Both the position numbers and the translations under genes were made by a program. From the human T2T-CHM13v2.0 reference genome, Homo sapiens: DNA of 64,000 nucleotides. This document shows, in pieces, positions 29,301 to 44,300 of the stretch. The stretch lies in assembly GCF_009914755.1 (NCBI RefSeq), contig NC_060939.1; one strand, written 5' to 3'. A model generated the notes under the pieces. It was not told where the DNA came from and made no database searches. It saw only the letters and a program-made list of their open reading frames with translations. Position 1 is the first letter of the stretch. Each line of letters starts with the position of its first letter.

Positions 29301-32300
29301 TTCTGTGTAGTTTTTATTTGAAGATATTTCCTTTTCCACCTTAGGCAGCAAAGGGCTCCAAATATCCACTTGCTGATTCTACAAAAAGAGTGTTTCAAAA
29401 GTGCTCAATCAAAAGAAATGTTCCACTCTATGAGATGAATGCAAACATCACAAAGAATTTTCTCAGAATGCTTCTGTGTAGTTTTTATGTGAAGATATTT
29501 GCTTTTCCACAGTAGGCCTCAAAGTGCTCCAAATATCCACTTGCAGATTCTACAAAAACTGTGTTTCAAAACTGCTCAATCCACAGACAGAATCAGCTCT
29601 GTGAGTTGAAAGCACACATCACATAAAGTTACTCAGAATGCTTCTCTGTAGTTTTTATGTGAAGATGTATGCTTTTCCACAATAGACCTCAACGCACTCC
29701 AAATATCCACCTGCAGATCCTACAAAAAGAGTGTTTCAAAAATGCTCATTCATAATATAGGTTGAACACTGTGAGATGAATGCACAAATTAAGAAGAAGT
29801 TTCTCAGAAGGTTTCTGTGTATTTTTTATTTGAAGACATTTCCTTTTTCACCATAGGCCACAAAGGACTCCAAATATCCACTTGCAGATTCTACAAAAAG
29901 AGAGATTCAAAACTGCTCAATCAAAAGATAGGTTCAACTCTGTAAATTGAATGCACACATCACAAAGAAGTTTCCTTGAATGCCTCTGTGTAACTTTTAT
30001 TTGAAGATATTTCCTTTTCCACAATACAGTGCAGAGGGCTCAAAATATCCACTTGCACATTCTACAAAAAGAGAGATTCAAAACTCCTCATTCAGAAGAT
30101 CGGTTCAACTCTGTGAGTTCAATAGAGACATCACAAAGAAGTTTCTCAGAATGCTTCTGTGTAATTTTTATGTGAAGATATTTCCCTTTACACAATAGGC
30201 CTCAAATCGCTCCAAATATTCACTTGCAGATTTTACAAAAAGAGTGTTTCAAAACTGCTCAATCAAAAGAAAGCTTCAAACCTGTGAGTTGAACACACAC
30301 ATCAAAAAGAAGTTTCTCAGAATACTTCTGTGTAGTTTTTATGTGAAGATATTTGCTTTTCCACAGTAGGCCTCAAAGGGCTCCAAATATCCACTTGCAG
30401 ATTCTACAAAACCAGTGTTTCAAAACTGCTCAGTCAAAAGAAAGGATCAAATCTGCGAGATGAATGAGTACATCACAAAGAGGTTTCTAGGAATGCTTCT
30501 GTGTAGTTTTTTTACGAATATATTTCCTTTTCCACAATAGGCCTCAAAGCGCTCCAAATATCCACTTGCAGATTCTACAAAAAGAGTGTTTCCAAACTGC
30601 TCAATCAAAAGAAAGGTTCAACTCTGTGAGATGAATGCACACATCACAAAGAAGTTTCTCAGAATTCTTCTGTCTAGTTTTTATGTGAAGATATTTCCTT
30701 TTACACAGTAGGCCTCAAATCGCTCCAAATTTCCACTTGCAGATTCTACACAAAGAGTGTTTCCAACTGCTCAAAAGAAAGATACACCTCTGTGAGATGA
30801 ATGGACACATCACAAGGAAGTTTCTCAGAATGTTTCTGTGTAGTTTTTATGTGAAGATATTTGCTTTTCCACAGTAGGCCTCAAAGGGCTCCAAATAACC
30901 ACTTGCAGATTCCACAAAAACAGTGTTTCAAAACTGCTCAATCAAAAGAAAGGATCAACTCTGTGAGATGAATGCACACATCACAAAGAGGTTTCTAGGA
31001 ATGCTTCTGTGTAGTTTTTATATGAAGATATTTCCTTTTCCACAATGGGCCGCAAAGCGCTCCAAATATCCACTTCCAGATTCTACAAAAAGAGTGTTTC
31101 AAAACGGCTCAATCATAAGACAGTAACAACCCTGTGAGTTGAATGCACACATCACAAAGAAGTTTCTCAGAATGCTTCTGTGTAGTTTTTATTTGAAGCT
31201 ATTTCCTTTTCAACCATAGGCTGCAAAGGGCTCCAAATATCCACCTGCAGATTCTACAAAAAGAAAGATTTAAAACTGCTCAATCAAAACATAGGTTCAT
31301 CTCTGTGAGTTGAATGCACATCAGGAAGAAGTTTCACAGAACGCTTCTGTGTAGTTTTTATGTGAAGATATTTCCTTTTCCAAAATAGTCCTCAAAGCCC
31401 TTCAAATATCCACTTCCAGGTTCTACAGAAACAGTGTTTCAAAACTGCTCAGTCAAAAGAAAGATTCACCTCTCTGTGTTGAATGCACTCATCATGAAGA
31501 AGTTTCTCTGCATGCTTCTGTGTAGTTTTTATTTAAGATATTTCCTTTTCCACCATAGGTCGCAAAAGTCTCCAAATATCCACCTGCAGATTCTACAAAA
31601 AGAGAGATTCTAAACTGCTCAATCAAAAGATACGTTCAACTCTGTGAGTTGAATGCACACGTCACAAAGTAGTTTCTCAGAATGCTTCCTGTAGTATTTA
31701 GGTGAAGATATTTCCTTTTCCAAGGTACGCGTCAAAGCGATCCAAATATCCACTAGCAGATACTACAAAAAGATTGTTTCAATACTGCTCAATCATGAAA
31801 TAGGTTCAACCATGTGAGATGAATGCATACATCACAAAGAAGTTTCTCAGAATGCTTCTGTGTAGCTTTTATGTGAAGATATTTCCTTTTCCACAATAGC
31901 TCTCAAATCACTCCAAATATCCGCTTGCAGATTCAACAAAAAGAGTTTTTCAAAACTGATCCATCAAAAGCAAGTTTCAACTCTGTGAGATGAATGCACA
32001 CATCACAAAGAAGTTTCTCAGAAAGTTTCTGTGTAGTTTTTTTGAAGATATTTGCTTTTCCACAGTAGGCCTCAAAGAGCTCCAAATATCCAATTGAAGA
32101 TTCCACAAAAACAGTTTTTCAAAACTGCACAATCAAAAGAAAGGATCAACTCTGTGAGATGAATTCACACATCACAGAGAAATTTCTCAGAATGCTTCTG
32201 TGTAGTTTTCATGTGAAGATATTTCCTTTTCCACAATAGGCCTGAAAGAGCTCTGAATATCGACTTGCAGATTCTACAAAAAGAGAGATTCAGAACTGCT

Positions 32301-35300
32301 CAATCAAAAGATAGGTTCAACTCTGTGAGTTGAATGCACACATCACAAAGAAGATTCTCAGAATGCTTCTGTGTAGTTTTTATGTGAATATATTTTCTTT
32401 TCCAAAATATGCCCCAAAACCCTCCAAATATCAACTTCCAGATTGTACAAAATGAGGGTTTCAAAACTCCTCAGTCAAAAGAAAGATTCAACTCTGTGTG
32501 ATGAATGCACTTATCACAAAGAAGTTTCTCAGTATGCTTCCGTGTAGTTTTTATGTGAAGATATTTCCTTTTCCATGATAGGCCTCAAATCGCTCCAAAT
32601 ATCCGCTTGCAGATTCTACAAAAGTAGTGTTTCAAAACAGCTCAATCAAAAGAAAGGTTCAAGCGTGTGAGATGAATGCACACAGCACGAAAATGTTTCT
32701 CAGAATGCTCCTGTGTAGTTTTTATGTGAAAATATTTGCTTTTCCACAGTAGGCCTCGAAGCTCTCCAAATATCCACTTGCAGATTCCACAAAAACAGTG
32801 TTTCAAAACAGCTCAATCAAAAGAAGGGATCAACTCTGTGAGATGAATTCACACATCACAAAGAAGTTTCTCAGAATGATTCTGTGTAGTTTTTCAGTGA
32901 AGGGATCTCCTTTTCCACAATAGCTCTCAAAGCATTCCAAATATCCCCTTGCAGATCCTAGAAAAAGAGTGTTTCAAAATTTCTCAATCAAAAGAAAGGT
33001 TCAACTCTGTGTGATGAATACACTCATCACAAAGATGTTTCTCTGAATGCTTCTGGGTAATTTTTATTTGAAGATATTTCCTTTTCCACAACAGGGCACA
33101 AAGGGCTCTAAATATCCAATTGCAGATTCTGCAAAAAAAGAAATTCAAAATGGCTCAATGAAAAGATATGTTCGGCTATTGAGTTAAATGCGCACCTCAC
33201 AAAGAAGTTTCTCAGAATGCTTCTGTGTAGTTTTTATGTGAAGATATTTGCTTCTCCACAGTAGGCCTCAAAGCGCTCCAAATATCCCCTTGTAGATTCT
33301 GCAAAAAAAGAGATTCAAAACTGCTCAATCAAAAGATATATTCAAATCTGTGAGTTGAATGCACACATAACAAAGAAGTTTCTCTGAATACTTCTGTGTA
33401 GTTTTTATGTGAAGACAGTTCCTTTTCCAATGTTGCCCTCAAAGCTCTCCAGATATCCACTTCCAGATTCTACAAAAAGAGTGCTTCAAAACTGCTCAAT
33501 CAAAAGAAAGTTTCAACTCTCTGTGGTGAATGCACTCATCACAAAGAAGTTTCTCAGTATGCTTCCATGGGATTTTTATGTGAAGATATTTCCGTTTCCA
33601 CAATGGGCCTCAAATCACTCCAAATATCCACTTGTAGATTCTACAAAAATAGTGTATCAAAACTGCTTAATCAAAAGAAAGCTTCGACTGTGTGAGATGA
33701 AGGCACACATCACAAAGACGTTTCTCAGAATGCTTCTGTGCTGTTTTTATGTGAAAATATTTGCTTTTCCATAGCAGACATTGAAGCTCTCCAAATATCC
33801 ACTTGCAGAGCCTGCAAAAACAGTGTTTCAAAACAGCTCAATCAAAAGAAGGGATCAACTCCGTGAGATGAATGCACTCATGAAAAAGAAATTTCTCAGA
33901 ATGTTTCTCTGCAGTTTTTATCTGAAGATATTTGGTTTTGCACGGTAGGCCTCAAAGCGCTCCAAATATCCACTTGCAGAATCTACAAAAATAGTGTTTC
34001 AGAACTGCTCAACCATAAGATAGGTTCAACTCTGTGTGATGAATGCACTCATCAAAAAGATGTTTCTCTGAAAGGTTCTGCGTAGTTTTTATTTGAAGAT
34101 ATTTCCTTTTCTACCACAGGGCGCAAAGGGCTCCAAATATCCACTTGAGAATTCAGCAAAAAGAGAGATTAAAAACGGCTCAATCAAAAGATGGATTCGA
34201 CTATTGATTTGCATGCACACCTCACAAAGGTGTTTCTCAGAATGCTTCTGTGTAGTTTTTATGTGAAGATATTTGCTTTTCCACAGTAGGCCTCAAAGGG
34301 TTCCAAATATTCACATGCAGATTCTGCAAAAAGAGAGATTCAAAACCGCTCAATCAAAAGATAGGTTCAACTCTGTGAGTTGAATGCATACATCATAAAG
34401 ACGTTTCTCTGAATGCTTCTGTTTAGTTTTTATTTGAAGATATTTCCTTTTCCACCATAGGGGGCAAAGGGCTCCAAATACCCACTTGCAGGTTCTACAA
34501 AAAGAGAGATTAAAAACTGCTCAATGACAAGATAAGTTCAACTCTGTGAGTTGAATGCACACTTCACAAAGAAGTTTCTCAGAATGCTTCTGAGTAGTTT
34601 TCATGTGAACATATTTCTTTTTCCACAGTAGGCTTCAAATGGCTGCAATTATCCACTTGCAGTTTCGACAAAAAGAGTGTTTCAAAACTGCTCAATCAAA
34701 AGAAAGGTTCAACTCTGTGAGATGTATGCACACATCACAAAGAAGTTTCTCAGAAAGCTTCTGGGTAGTTTTTATCTGAAGATATTTCCTTTCTCACAAT
34801 AGGCCTCAAAGCACTCCAAATATCCAATTGCAGATTCTACAAAAAGTGTGTTTCAGAACTGCTCAATCATAAGATAAGTTCAACACTTTGAGATGAATGT
34901 ACACATCCCAAAGAAGTTTCTCAGAATGCTTCTGTGTAGTATTTATGTGAAGATATTTGCTTTTCCACAGTAGGCCTCAAAGTGCTCCAAATATCCAACA
35001 GCAGATTCTGCAAAAAGAGAGATTCAAAACTGCTCAATCAAAAGATAGGTTCAACTCTTTGAGTTGAATGCAAACATCCAAAGAAGTTTCTCCGAATGCT
35101 TATATGTAGTTTTTATTTGAAGATATTTCCTTTTCCACTGTAGGGCACAAAGAGCTCCAAATATCCACATGCAGATTCTACAAAAAGAGAGATTCAAAAC
35201 AGCATAATGAGAAGATAAGTTGAACTCTGTGAGTTGAATGCACACCTGACAAAGAAGTTTCTCAGAATGCTTCTGTGTAATTTTTATGTGAAGATATTTC

Positions 35301-38300
35301 CTTTTCCACAATAGGCCTCAACTCGCTCCAAATATCCACTTGCAGATTCCACAAAAATAGTGTGTCAGACCTGCTGAATCATAAGATAGGTTCAACCCTG
35401 TGAGATGAATGCACACATCAGAAAGAAGTTTCTCAGAATATTTCTGTGTAGTTTTTATTTGAAGATATTTCCTTTTCCACCATAGGCTGCAAAGGGCTCC
35501 AAATATCCACAAGCACATTCTGCAAAAAGAGAGACCCAAAATGGTCAATCAAAAGATAGGTACAACTCTGTGAGTTGAATGCACACATCACAACAAATTT
35601 CTCAGAATGTATCTGTGTAGTGTTTATGTGAAGATATTTTATTTTCCACAGTAGGCCTCAAAGAGCTCCAAATATCCCCCTACAGATTCTGCAAAAAGAG
35701 AGAATCAAAACTGCTCAATCAAAAGAATGGTTCAACTCTGTGCGATGAATGCACACATCACAAGTAAGTTTCTCAGAATGCTTCTGTGTAGTTTTTATCT
35801 GAAGATATTTCCTTTTCCACAATGGGCCTCAAAGGGCTCAAAATATCCACTTGCAGATTCTACAAAAAGAGTGTTTCAAACCTGTTCAATCAAAATAAAG
35901 GTTCAACTCTGTGAGATGAATTCACACATCACAAAGAAGTTTCTGAGAATGCTTCTTTGTAGTTTTTATGTGAAGATATTTCCATTCCCGCAATAGGCCT
36001 CAAAGGGCTGCAAATATCCACTTGCATATTCTACAAAACGAGTGTTTCAAAACTTCCCAATCAAAAGAAAATTTCAACTCTGTAAGATGAATGCACACAT
36101 CACAAAAAAGTTTCTCAGAATGCTTCTGTGTCGTTTTTATATGAAGATATTTCCTTTCCCACAATAGGCCTCAAAGGGCTCCAAATATCCACTTGAATAT
36201 TGTACAAAAAGAGTGTTTCAAAACTGAACAATCAAAAGAAAGGTTCAACTCTGTGAGATGAATGCACACATCACAAAGAAGTTTCTCAGAATGCTTCTGT
36301 GTAGTTTTTATCTGAAGATATTTGCTTTTCCAAGGTAGGCTGCAAAGCGCTCCAAATATCCACTTGCAGAGTCTACAAAAAGAGTGTTTCAGAACTGCTC
36401 AATCATAAGATAGGTTCAAACCTGTAAGATGAATGTGCACATCACAAATAAGTTTCTCAGAATATTTCTCTGTAGTTTTTACTTGAAGATATTTCCTTTT
36501 CCACAATAGGCCGCAAAGGGCTCCATATATCCACATGCACATTCTGCAAAAAGAGAGATTCAAAACTGCTCAATCAAAAGATATGTTCAACTCTCTGAGT
36601 TGAATGCACACATTCCAAAGAAGTTTCTCAGAATGCCTCTGTGTAGTATTTACCTGAAGATATTTGCTTTTCCACAGTCCACCTTCAGACTCTACAAAAA
36701 GAGAGATTCAAAACTGCTCAATCAAAAGATATGTTCAACACTTTGAGTTAAATGAATACATCACAAAAAAGTTTCTCTGAATGCTTCTGCTTAGTTTTTA
36801 TTTGAAGATACTTCCTTTTCCAACGTATGGCACAAAGGGCTCCAAATATCCACATGCAGATTCTACAAAAAGAGAGATTCAAACTGCTCAATGGAAAGAT
36901 AAGTTCAACTCTATGAGTTGAATGCACACTTAAAAGAGGAGTTTCTCAGAATGCTTCCATGTAGTTGTTATTTGAAGATATTTCCTTTTCCACGATAGGC
37001 CTCAAAGCTCTCCAAACAGCCACTTGCAGATTCTGCAAAAAGATATATTCAAAACTGCTAAATCAAAAGATACGTTCAACTCTGTGAGTTGAATGCACAC
37101 ATCACAAAGAAGGTTCTCAGAATATTTCTGTGTAATTTTTATGTGAACATATTTCATTTTTCACAGTAGGCCTCACAGTGCTCCAAATATCCACTTGCAA
37201 ATTCTACAAAAAGAGCCATTCAAAACTCATCAATCAAAAGATTGGTTCCACTCTGTGAGTTGAATGCGTACATCAAGAAGAAGTTTCTGGGAATGCTTTT
37301 GTGTAGTTTTTATTTGAAGATATTTCCTTTTCCACCATAGGGCGCAAAGGGCTCCAAATATCCACTTGCAGATTCTGCAAAAGAAGAGATTCAAAACTGC
37401 TCAATCAAAAGATAGGTTGAACTCTGTGAGTTGAATGCATATCCCAAAGAAGTTTCAAAAAAATGCTTCAGTGTAGTTGTTATTTGAAGATATTTCCTTT
37501 TCCACAGTAGGCCTCAAAGGTCTCCGAATATCCACCTGCAGATACTGCAAAAAGAGAGATTCAAAACTGCCCAATCAAAAGATAGGTTCCACTGCGTGAG
37601 GTGGATGCATACAGCACAAAGAAGCTTCTCTGAATGCTTCTGTGTAGTTTTTGTTTGAAGATATTTCCTTTTCCACAAAAGGCCTCAACGCTCTCCTAAC
37701 ATCCACTTACAGATTCTGCAAAAAGAGAGATTCAGAACTGCTCAATCAAAAGATAGTTTCAACTATATGAGTTGAGTGCACACATCACAAAGAAGTTTCT
37801 CAGAATGCCTATGTGTGGTTTTTATGTGAAAATATTTGCTTTTCCACAGTAGGCCTCAAAGGGCTCCAAATATCCACCTGCAGACTCTGCAAAAAGGGTG
37901 ATTCAAAACTACTCCATCAACAGATAGGTTCAACTCTGTGAGTTGAATGCCTACATCACCAAGAAGTTTCTCTGAATGCTTCTGTGCAGTTTTTATCTGA
38001 AGATATTTCCTTTTCCACCATGGGGCTCAAAGGGCTCCAATATCCACTTGCAGATTCTACAAAAAGAGAAATTCAAAATTGCTCAATGAGAAAATAATTC
38101 AACTCTGAGTTGAATGCACACCTCACAAAGAAGTTTCTCAGAATGCTTCTGTGTAGTTTTTATGTGAAGATATTTCCTTTTCCACAGTAGGCCTCAAAGG
38201 GCTACAATTATCCACTTACAGATTTTACAAAAATAGTGTTTCAAAACTGCTCCAACAAAAGAAACTTTCAACCTTGTGAGATGAATACGCACATCACAAA

Positions 38301-41300
38301 GTAGTTTCTCAGAATGCTTCTGTGTAGTTTTTACCTGAAGATATTTCCTTTTCCACAACAGGCCTCAAGGGGCTCCAAATATCCACTTGCAGATTCTACA
38401 AAAAGAGTGTTTCAAAACTGCTCAATCAAAAGAAAGGTTCAACTCTTTGAGATGAATGCACACTTCACAAAGAAGTTTCTCAGAATGCTTCTGTGTAGTT
38501 TTTATCTGAAGATATTTGCTTTTCAACGGTAGGCCTCAAAGCGCTCCAAATATCCACTTGCAGATTCCACAACAAGAGTGTTTCGAAACTGCTAAATCAT
38601 AAGATAAGTTCAACCCTGTGAGATGAATGCACACATCACAAAGATATTTCTCATAATATTTCTGTGTACTTTTTATTTGAAGATATTTCCTTTTCCACCA
38701 TAGGCCACAAAGGGCTCCAAATATCCACTTGCAGATTCTAGAAAAAGTGTGTTTGAAAGCTCCTCAATCAAAAGAGGTTCAACTCTGTGAGTTGAATGCA
38801 CATATCCCAAAAAAGTTTCTCATAATTCTTTTGTGTAGTTTTTTTGTGAAGATATTTCCCTTTCCACATTAGGCTTCAAAGGGCTCCAAATATCCAAATG
38901 CACATCCTGCCAAAAAAGAGATTCAAAACTGCTCAATCAAAAGATAGGTTCAACTCTGTGAGTTGAATGCCTACATCACCAAGAAGTTTCTCTGAATGCT
39001 TCTGTGTAGTTTTTATTTGAAGATATTTCCTTTTCCACCATTGGGTGCAAAGGGCTCCAATATCCAGTTGCAGATTCTACAAAAAGAGAAATTCAAAACT
39101 GCTCAATGAGAAAATAATTCAACTCTGTGAGTTGAATGCACACATCCCAAAGTAGTCTCTCAGAATGCTTCTGTGTACTTTTTATCTGAAGATATTTGCT
39201 TTTCCACAGTAGGCCTCAAAGGGCTCCAAATATCCACCTGGAGATTCCGCAAAAAGAGAGATTCAAAACTGCTCAATCAAAGGAAAGGTTCAACTCTGTG
39301 AGTTGAATACATACATCAAAAAGGAGTTTCTCTGAATACTCCTGTGTAGTTTTTATTTGAAGATATGTCCTTTTCCACCATAGGGCACAAAGGGCTCCAA
39401 CGATCCACATGCAGATTCTACAAAAGGAGAGATTCAAAAGTGCTCAGTGAGTAGATAAGTTCAACTCTGTGAGTTGAATGCACACCTCACAAAGAAGTTT
39501 CTCAGAATGCTTCTGTGAAGTTTTTATGTGAAGATATTTCCTTTTCCACAATAGGCCTTAATGCTCTCCAAACATCCACTTGCAGATTCTGCAAAAAGAG
39601 AGATTCAAAACTGCTCAATCAAAATATTGGTTCAACTCTGTGAGTTGAATGCACACATCACGAAAGAGTTCCTCAGAGTGCTTCTGTGTAGTTTTTATGT
39701 GAACATATTTGATTTTCCACAGAAGGCCTCACAGTGCTCCAAATATCCACTTGCAGATTCTACGAAAAGAGAGATTCTAAACTCTTCAATCAAAAGATAG
39801 GTTCAAACCTGTGAGTTGAATGCATACATCACAAAGAAGTTTCTCCGATTACTTCTGTGTACTTTTTATTTGAAGATATTTCTTTTTCCACCATAGGGCC
39901 AAAGGGCTTCAAATATACACTTGCAGATTCTACAAAAAGAGGGATTCAAAACTGCTCAATGAGAAGATAAGTTCAACTCTGTGAGTTGAATGCACACCTC
40001 ACAAAGAAGTTTCTCAGAATGCTTCTGTGTACTTTTTATGTGAAGATATTTTCTTCTCCACAATTGGCCTCAAAGATATCCAAACCTCCACCTGCATATT
40101 CTGCAAAAGGAGAGATTCAAAACTGCTCAATCAAAAGGTAGGTTCACCTCTGTGAGTTGCATGCACACATCACAAAGAAGTTTCTCAGAATGTTTCTTTG
40201 TAGTTTTTATGTGAACATATTTGATTTTCCACATTAGGTCTCACAGTGCTCCAAATATCCACTTGCAGATTCTACAGAAAGAGAGATTCAAAATTGCTCA
40301 ATCAAAAGCTGGGTTCAATTTTGTGAGTTGAATTCACACATTACGATGATGCTTCTGTGTAGTTTTTATACGAAGATATTTACTTTTCCTCCATAGGGTA
40401 TAAGGGCTCCAAATATCCACGTGCAGATTCTACAAAAAGACAAATTCTAAGATGCTCAATCAAAAGATAGGTTCAACACTGTGAGTACAATGCACACATC
40501 ACTAAGAAGTTGCTCAGAATGCTTCTGTGTAGTTTTTATGTGAAGATATTTGCTTTACCACAGTAGGCCTCAAAGCGCTCCAAATATCCACCTGCAGACT
40601 CTACAAAAAGAGTGTTTCAAAACTGCTCAATCATAAGATAGGCTTAACTCTGTGAGATGAATGCATACATCACAAAGAAGTTTCTCAGAATGTTTCTGTG
40701 AAGTTTTTATTTGAAATATGTCCTTTTCCACCATTGGCCGCAAAGGGCTTCAAATATCCACTTGCAGATTCTGCAAAAAGAGAGATTCAAAACCGTTCAA
40801 TCAGAAGAAAGTTTCAAACCTGTGAGTTGAATTCACACATTCCAAAGAATTTTCCAAGAATGCTTCCGTGTAGTTTTTAAGTGAAGATATTTGCTTTTCC
40901 ACAGAAGGCCTTAAAGAGCTCCCAATATCATCCTGCAGATTCTGCAGAAAGAGAGATTCATAACTGCTCAATCAAAAGATAGGTTCAACTCTGTGAGTTG
41001 AAAGCGTACATCACAAAGAAGTTTCTCTGAATGCTTCTGTGTAGTTTTTATTTGAAGATATTTCCTTTTCCACCATAGGGTACAAAGGGTTCCAAATATC
41101 CACTTGCAGATTCTACAAAAAGTGTGTTTCAAAACTGCTCAATCAAAAGAAAGGGTCAGCTCTGCGAGTTGTATGCACACCTCACAAAGAAGTTTCTCAG
41201 AGTGCTTCTGGGTAGTTTTTATGTGAAGATATTTCCTTTTCCATAATAGGCGTCAAAGGGCTGCATATATTCATTTGAAAATACTACAAAAAGAGTGTTT

Positions 41301-44300
41301 CAAAACTGCTCAATCTAAAGAAATGTTCAACTCTGTGAGATAAATGCACACATCACAAAGAAGTTTCTCATAATGCTTCTGTGCCGTTTTTAACTGAAGG
41401 TAACTCCTTTTCCACGGTAGCCCTCAAAGAGATCAAAATATCCACTTGCAGATTCTACAAAAAGAGTGTTTCATAACTACTCAATCATAAGACAGCCTCA
41501 AACCTTTGAGATGAATGCACACATCACAAAGAAGTTTCTGAGAATGTTTCTGCGTAGTTTTTACTTGAAGATATTTCCTTTTCTACCATAGGCCACAAAG
41601 GGCTCCAAATATCCACTTGCAGATTCTGCAAAAAGATTCAAAACTGCTCAATCAGAAGATAGGTTCAACCCTGTGAATTGAAATCACTCATCACAAAGAA
41701 GTTTCTCAAAATGCTTCCGTGTAGGTTTTATGTGAAGATATTTTCTTTTCCACAATAGACCTCAAGGGGCTCCAAATGTCTACTTGCAGATTGTACAAAA
41801 AGAGTGTTTCCAAACTGCTCAATCAAAAGGAAGCTTCAACCCTGTGGGATGAATGCACACATCGCAAAGAAGTTTCTCAGAATCCTTCTGTGCAGTTTTT
41901 ATGTGAAGATATTTCCTTGTCCACAAGAGGCCTCAAAGGGCTCCAATTATCCACTTGCAGATTCTACAAAAAGAGTCTTTCAAAACTGCCGAATCAAAAG
42001 AAAAGTTTAACACTGTGAGATGAAAGCACACATCACAAAGAAGTTTCTGAGAATGCTTCTGTGTAGTTTTTATCTAAAGATATTTGCTTTTCCACGGTAG
42101 GCCTCAAAGCGCTCCAAATATCCACTTGCAGATAATACAAAAAGAGGGTTTCAAAACTGCTCAATCATAAGATAGCTTCAGCTCTTTGAGTTGAATGCAC
42201 ACATCACGAAGAAATTTCTGAGAATTTTCCTGTGTCGCTTTTATTTAAAGATATTTCTTTTTCCTCCATAGGGCACAAAGGGCTCCAAATATCCACTTGC
42301 AGATTCTACAAAAAGAGAGATTCTAAACTGCTCAAAAGACAGTTTCACCTATGTGAGTTGAATGCACACGTCACAAAGAAGTTTCTCAGAATGCTTCTGA
42401 GTACTTTTTATTTGAAGATATTTCCTTTTCAACAATAGGCCTCAAAGGACTCCAATTTTCCACTTGCAGATTCTGCAAAAAGAGTGTTTCAAAACTGCTC
42501 AATCAAAAGAAAGGTTCAACCCTGTGAGATGAATGCACACATCACAAGATGTTTCTCAGAATGCTTCTGTGTAGTTTTTATGTGAAGATATTTCCCTTTC
42601 CACAATAGGCCACAAAGGGCTCCAAATATCCACTTGAAGATTCTACAAAAAAAGTGTTTCAAAACTGCTCAATCAAAAGAAAGGTTCAACTCTGTGAGAT
42701 GAATGCAAACATCACAAACAAGTTTCTCAGAATGCTTCTGTGACGTTTTTATGTGAACATACTTGATTTTCCACAGTAGGCCTCACAGCGCTCCAAGTAT
42801 CCACTTGCAGATTCTACACAATAGAGATTCAAAACTGCTCAATCAAAAGACAGGTTCAATTCTGTGAGTTGAATGCACACATCACGAAGAAGTTTCTGAG
42901 AATGCTTCTGTGTAGTTTTTATTTGAAGATATTTCCTTTTCCAACATAGAGCGCAAAGGGCTCCAAATATCCACGTGCAGATTCTACAAAAAGAGTGTTT
43001 CAAAACTGTTCCATCAAAAGAAAGGTTCAACTCTGTGAGTTGAATGCACACATCACAAAGAAGTTTCTCAGAATGCTTCTGTGTAGTTTTTATGTGAAGA
43101 TATTTCTTTTACACAGTAGGCCTCAAAGGTCTCCAAATATCCACTTGCAGATTCTATAATAAGTGTGTTTCAAAACTGCTCAATCAGAAGAAGGTTTCAA
43201 CTACGTGAGTTGAATGCACACATCACAAAGAAGTTTCTCAGAATGCTTCTCTGTTTTATTTATCTGAAGATATTTGCTATTCCATGGTAGGCCTGAAAGC
43301 GCTCCAAATATCCACATGCAGATTCTACAAAAAGAGTGTTTCAAAACTGCTGAATCATAAGACAGGCTCAACCCTGTGAGAAGAATGCACACATCACAAA
43401 GAAGTTTCTCAGAATGTTTCTGTGTAGTTTTTATTTGAAGATATTTCCTTTTCCAACATAGGCCACAAAGGGCTCCAAATATCCACTTGCAGATTCTGCA
43501 AAAAGACATATTCAAAACAGCTCAATCAGAAGATAGGTTCCACCCTGTGAGGAGAATTCACACATCCCAAAGGATTTTCTCAGAATTCTTCTGTGCAGTC
43601 TTTAAGTGAGATATTTGCTTTTGCACAGTATGCCTCAAAGGCTTCAAATATAAACCTGCCGATTCTGCAAAAAGAGAGATTCAAAACTGCTCAATCAAAA
43701 CTTACATTCAACTCTGTGAGGTGAATGCATACCTCACAAAGAAGTTTCTCTGAATGCCTCTGTGTAGTTTTTATTTGAGGATATTTCCTTTTCCACCATG
43801 GGGTGCAGAGGGCTCCAAATATCAACTTGCAGATTCTACAAAAAGAGAGATTCAAAACTGCTCAATCAGAAGATATGTTCAACTCTGTGAGTTAATGCAC
43901 ACCTCACAAAAAAGTTTATCAGAATACTTCTGTTTAGTTTTTAGGTGAAGATATTTCCTTTTCCACAATAGGCCTCAAAGCCCTCCAAATATCCACTTGC
44001 AGATTCTGCAAAAGGAGAAATTCAAAACTGCTTAATCAAAAGAAAGGTTCAACTGTGAGATAAATGCACCAATCACAAAGAAGTTTCTCAGAATGTTACT
44101 GTGTATTTTTTATGTAAACATATTTGATTTTCAACAATAGGCCTCACAGCGCTCCAAATATCCACTAGCAGATTCTGCAAAAGAGAGATTCAAAACTGCT
44201 TAATCAAAAGATATGTTCAGCTCTGTGAGTTGAATGCACACATCACGAAGTAGTTTCTGAGAATGCTTCTGTGAATTTTTTGTTTGAAGATATTTCCTTT

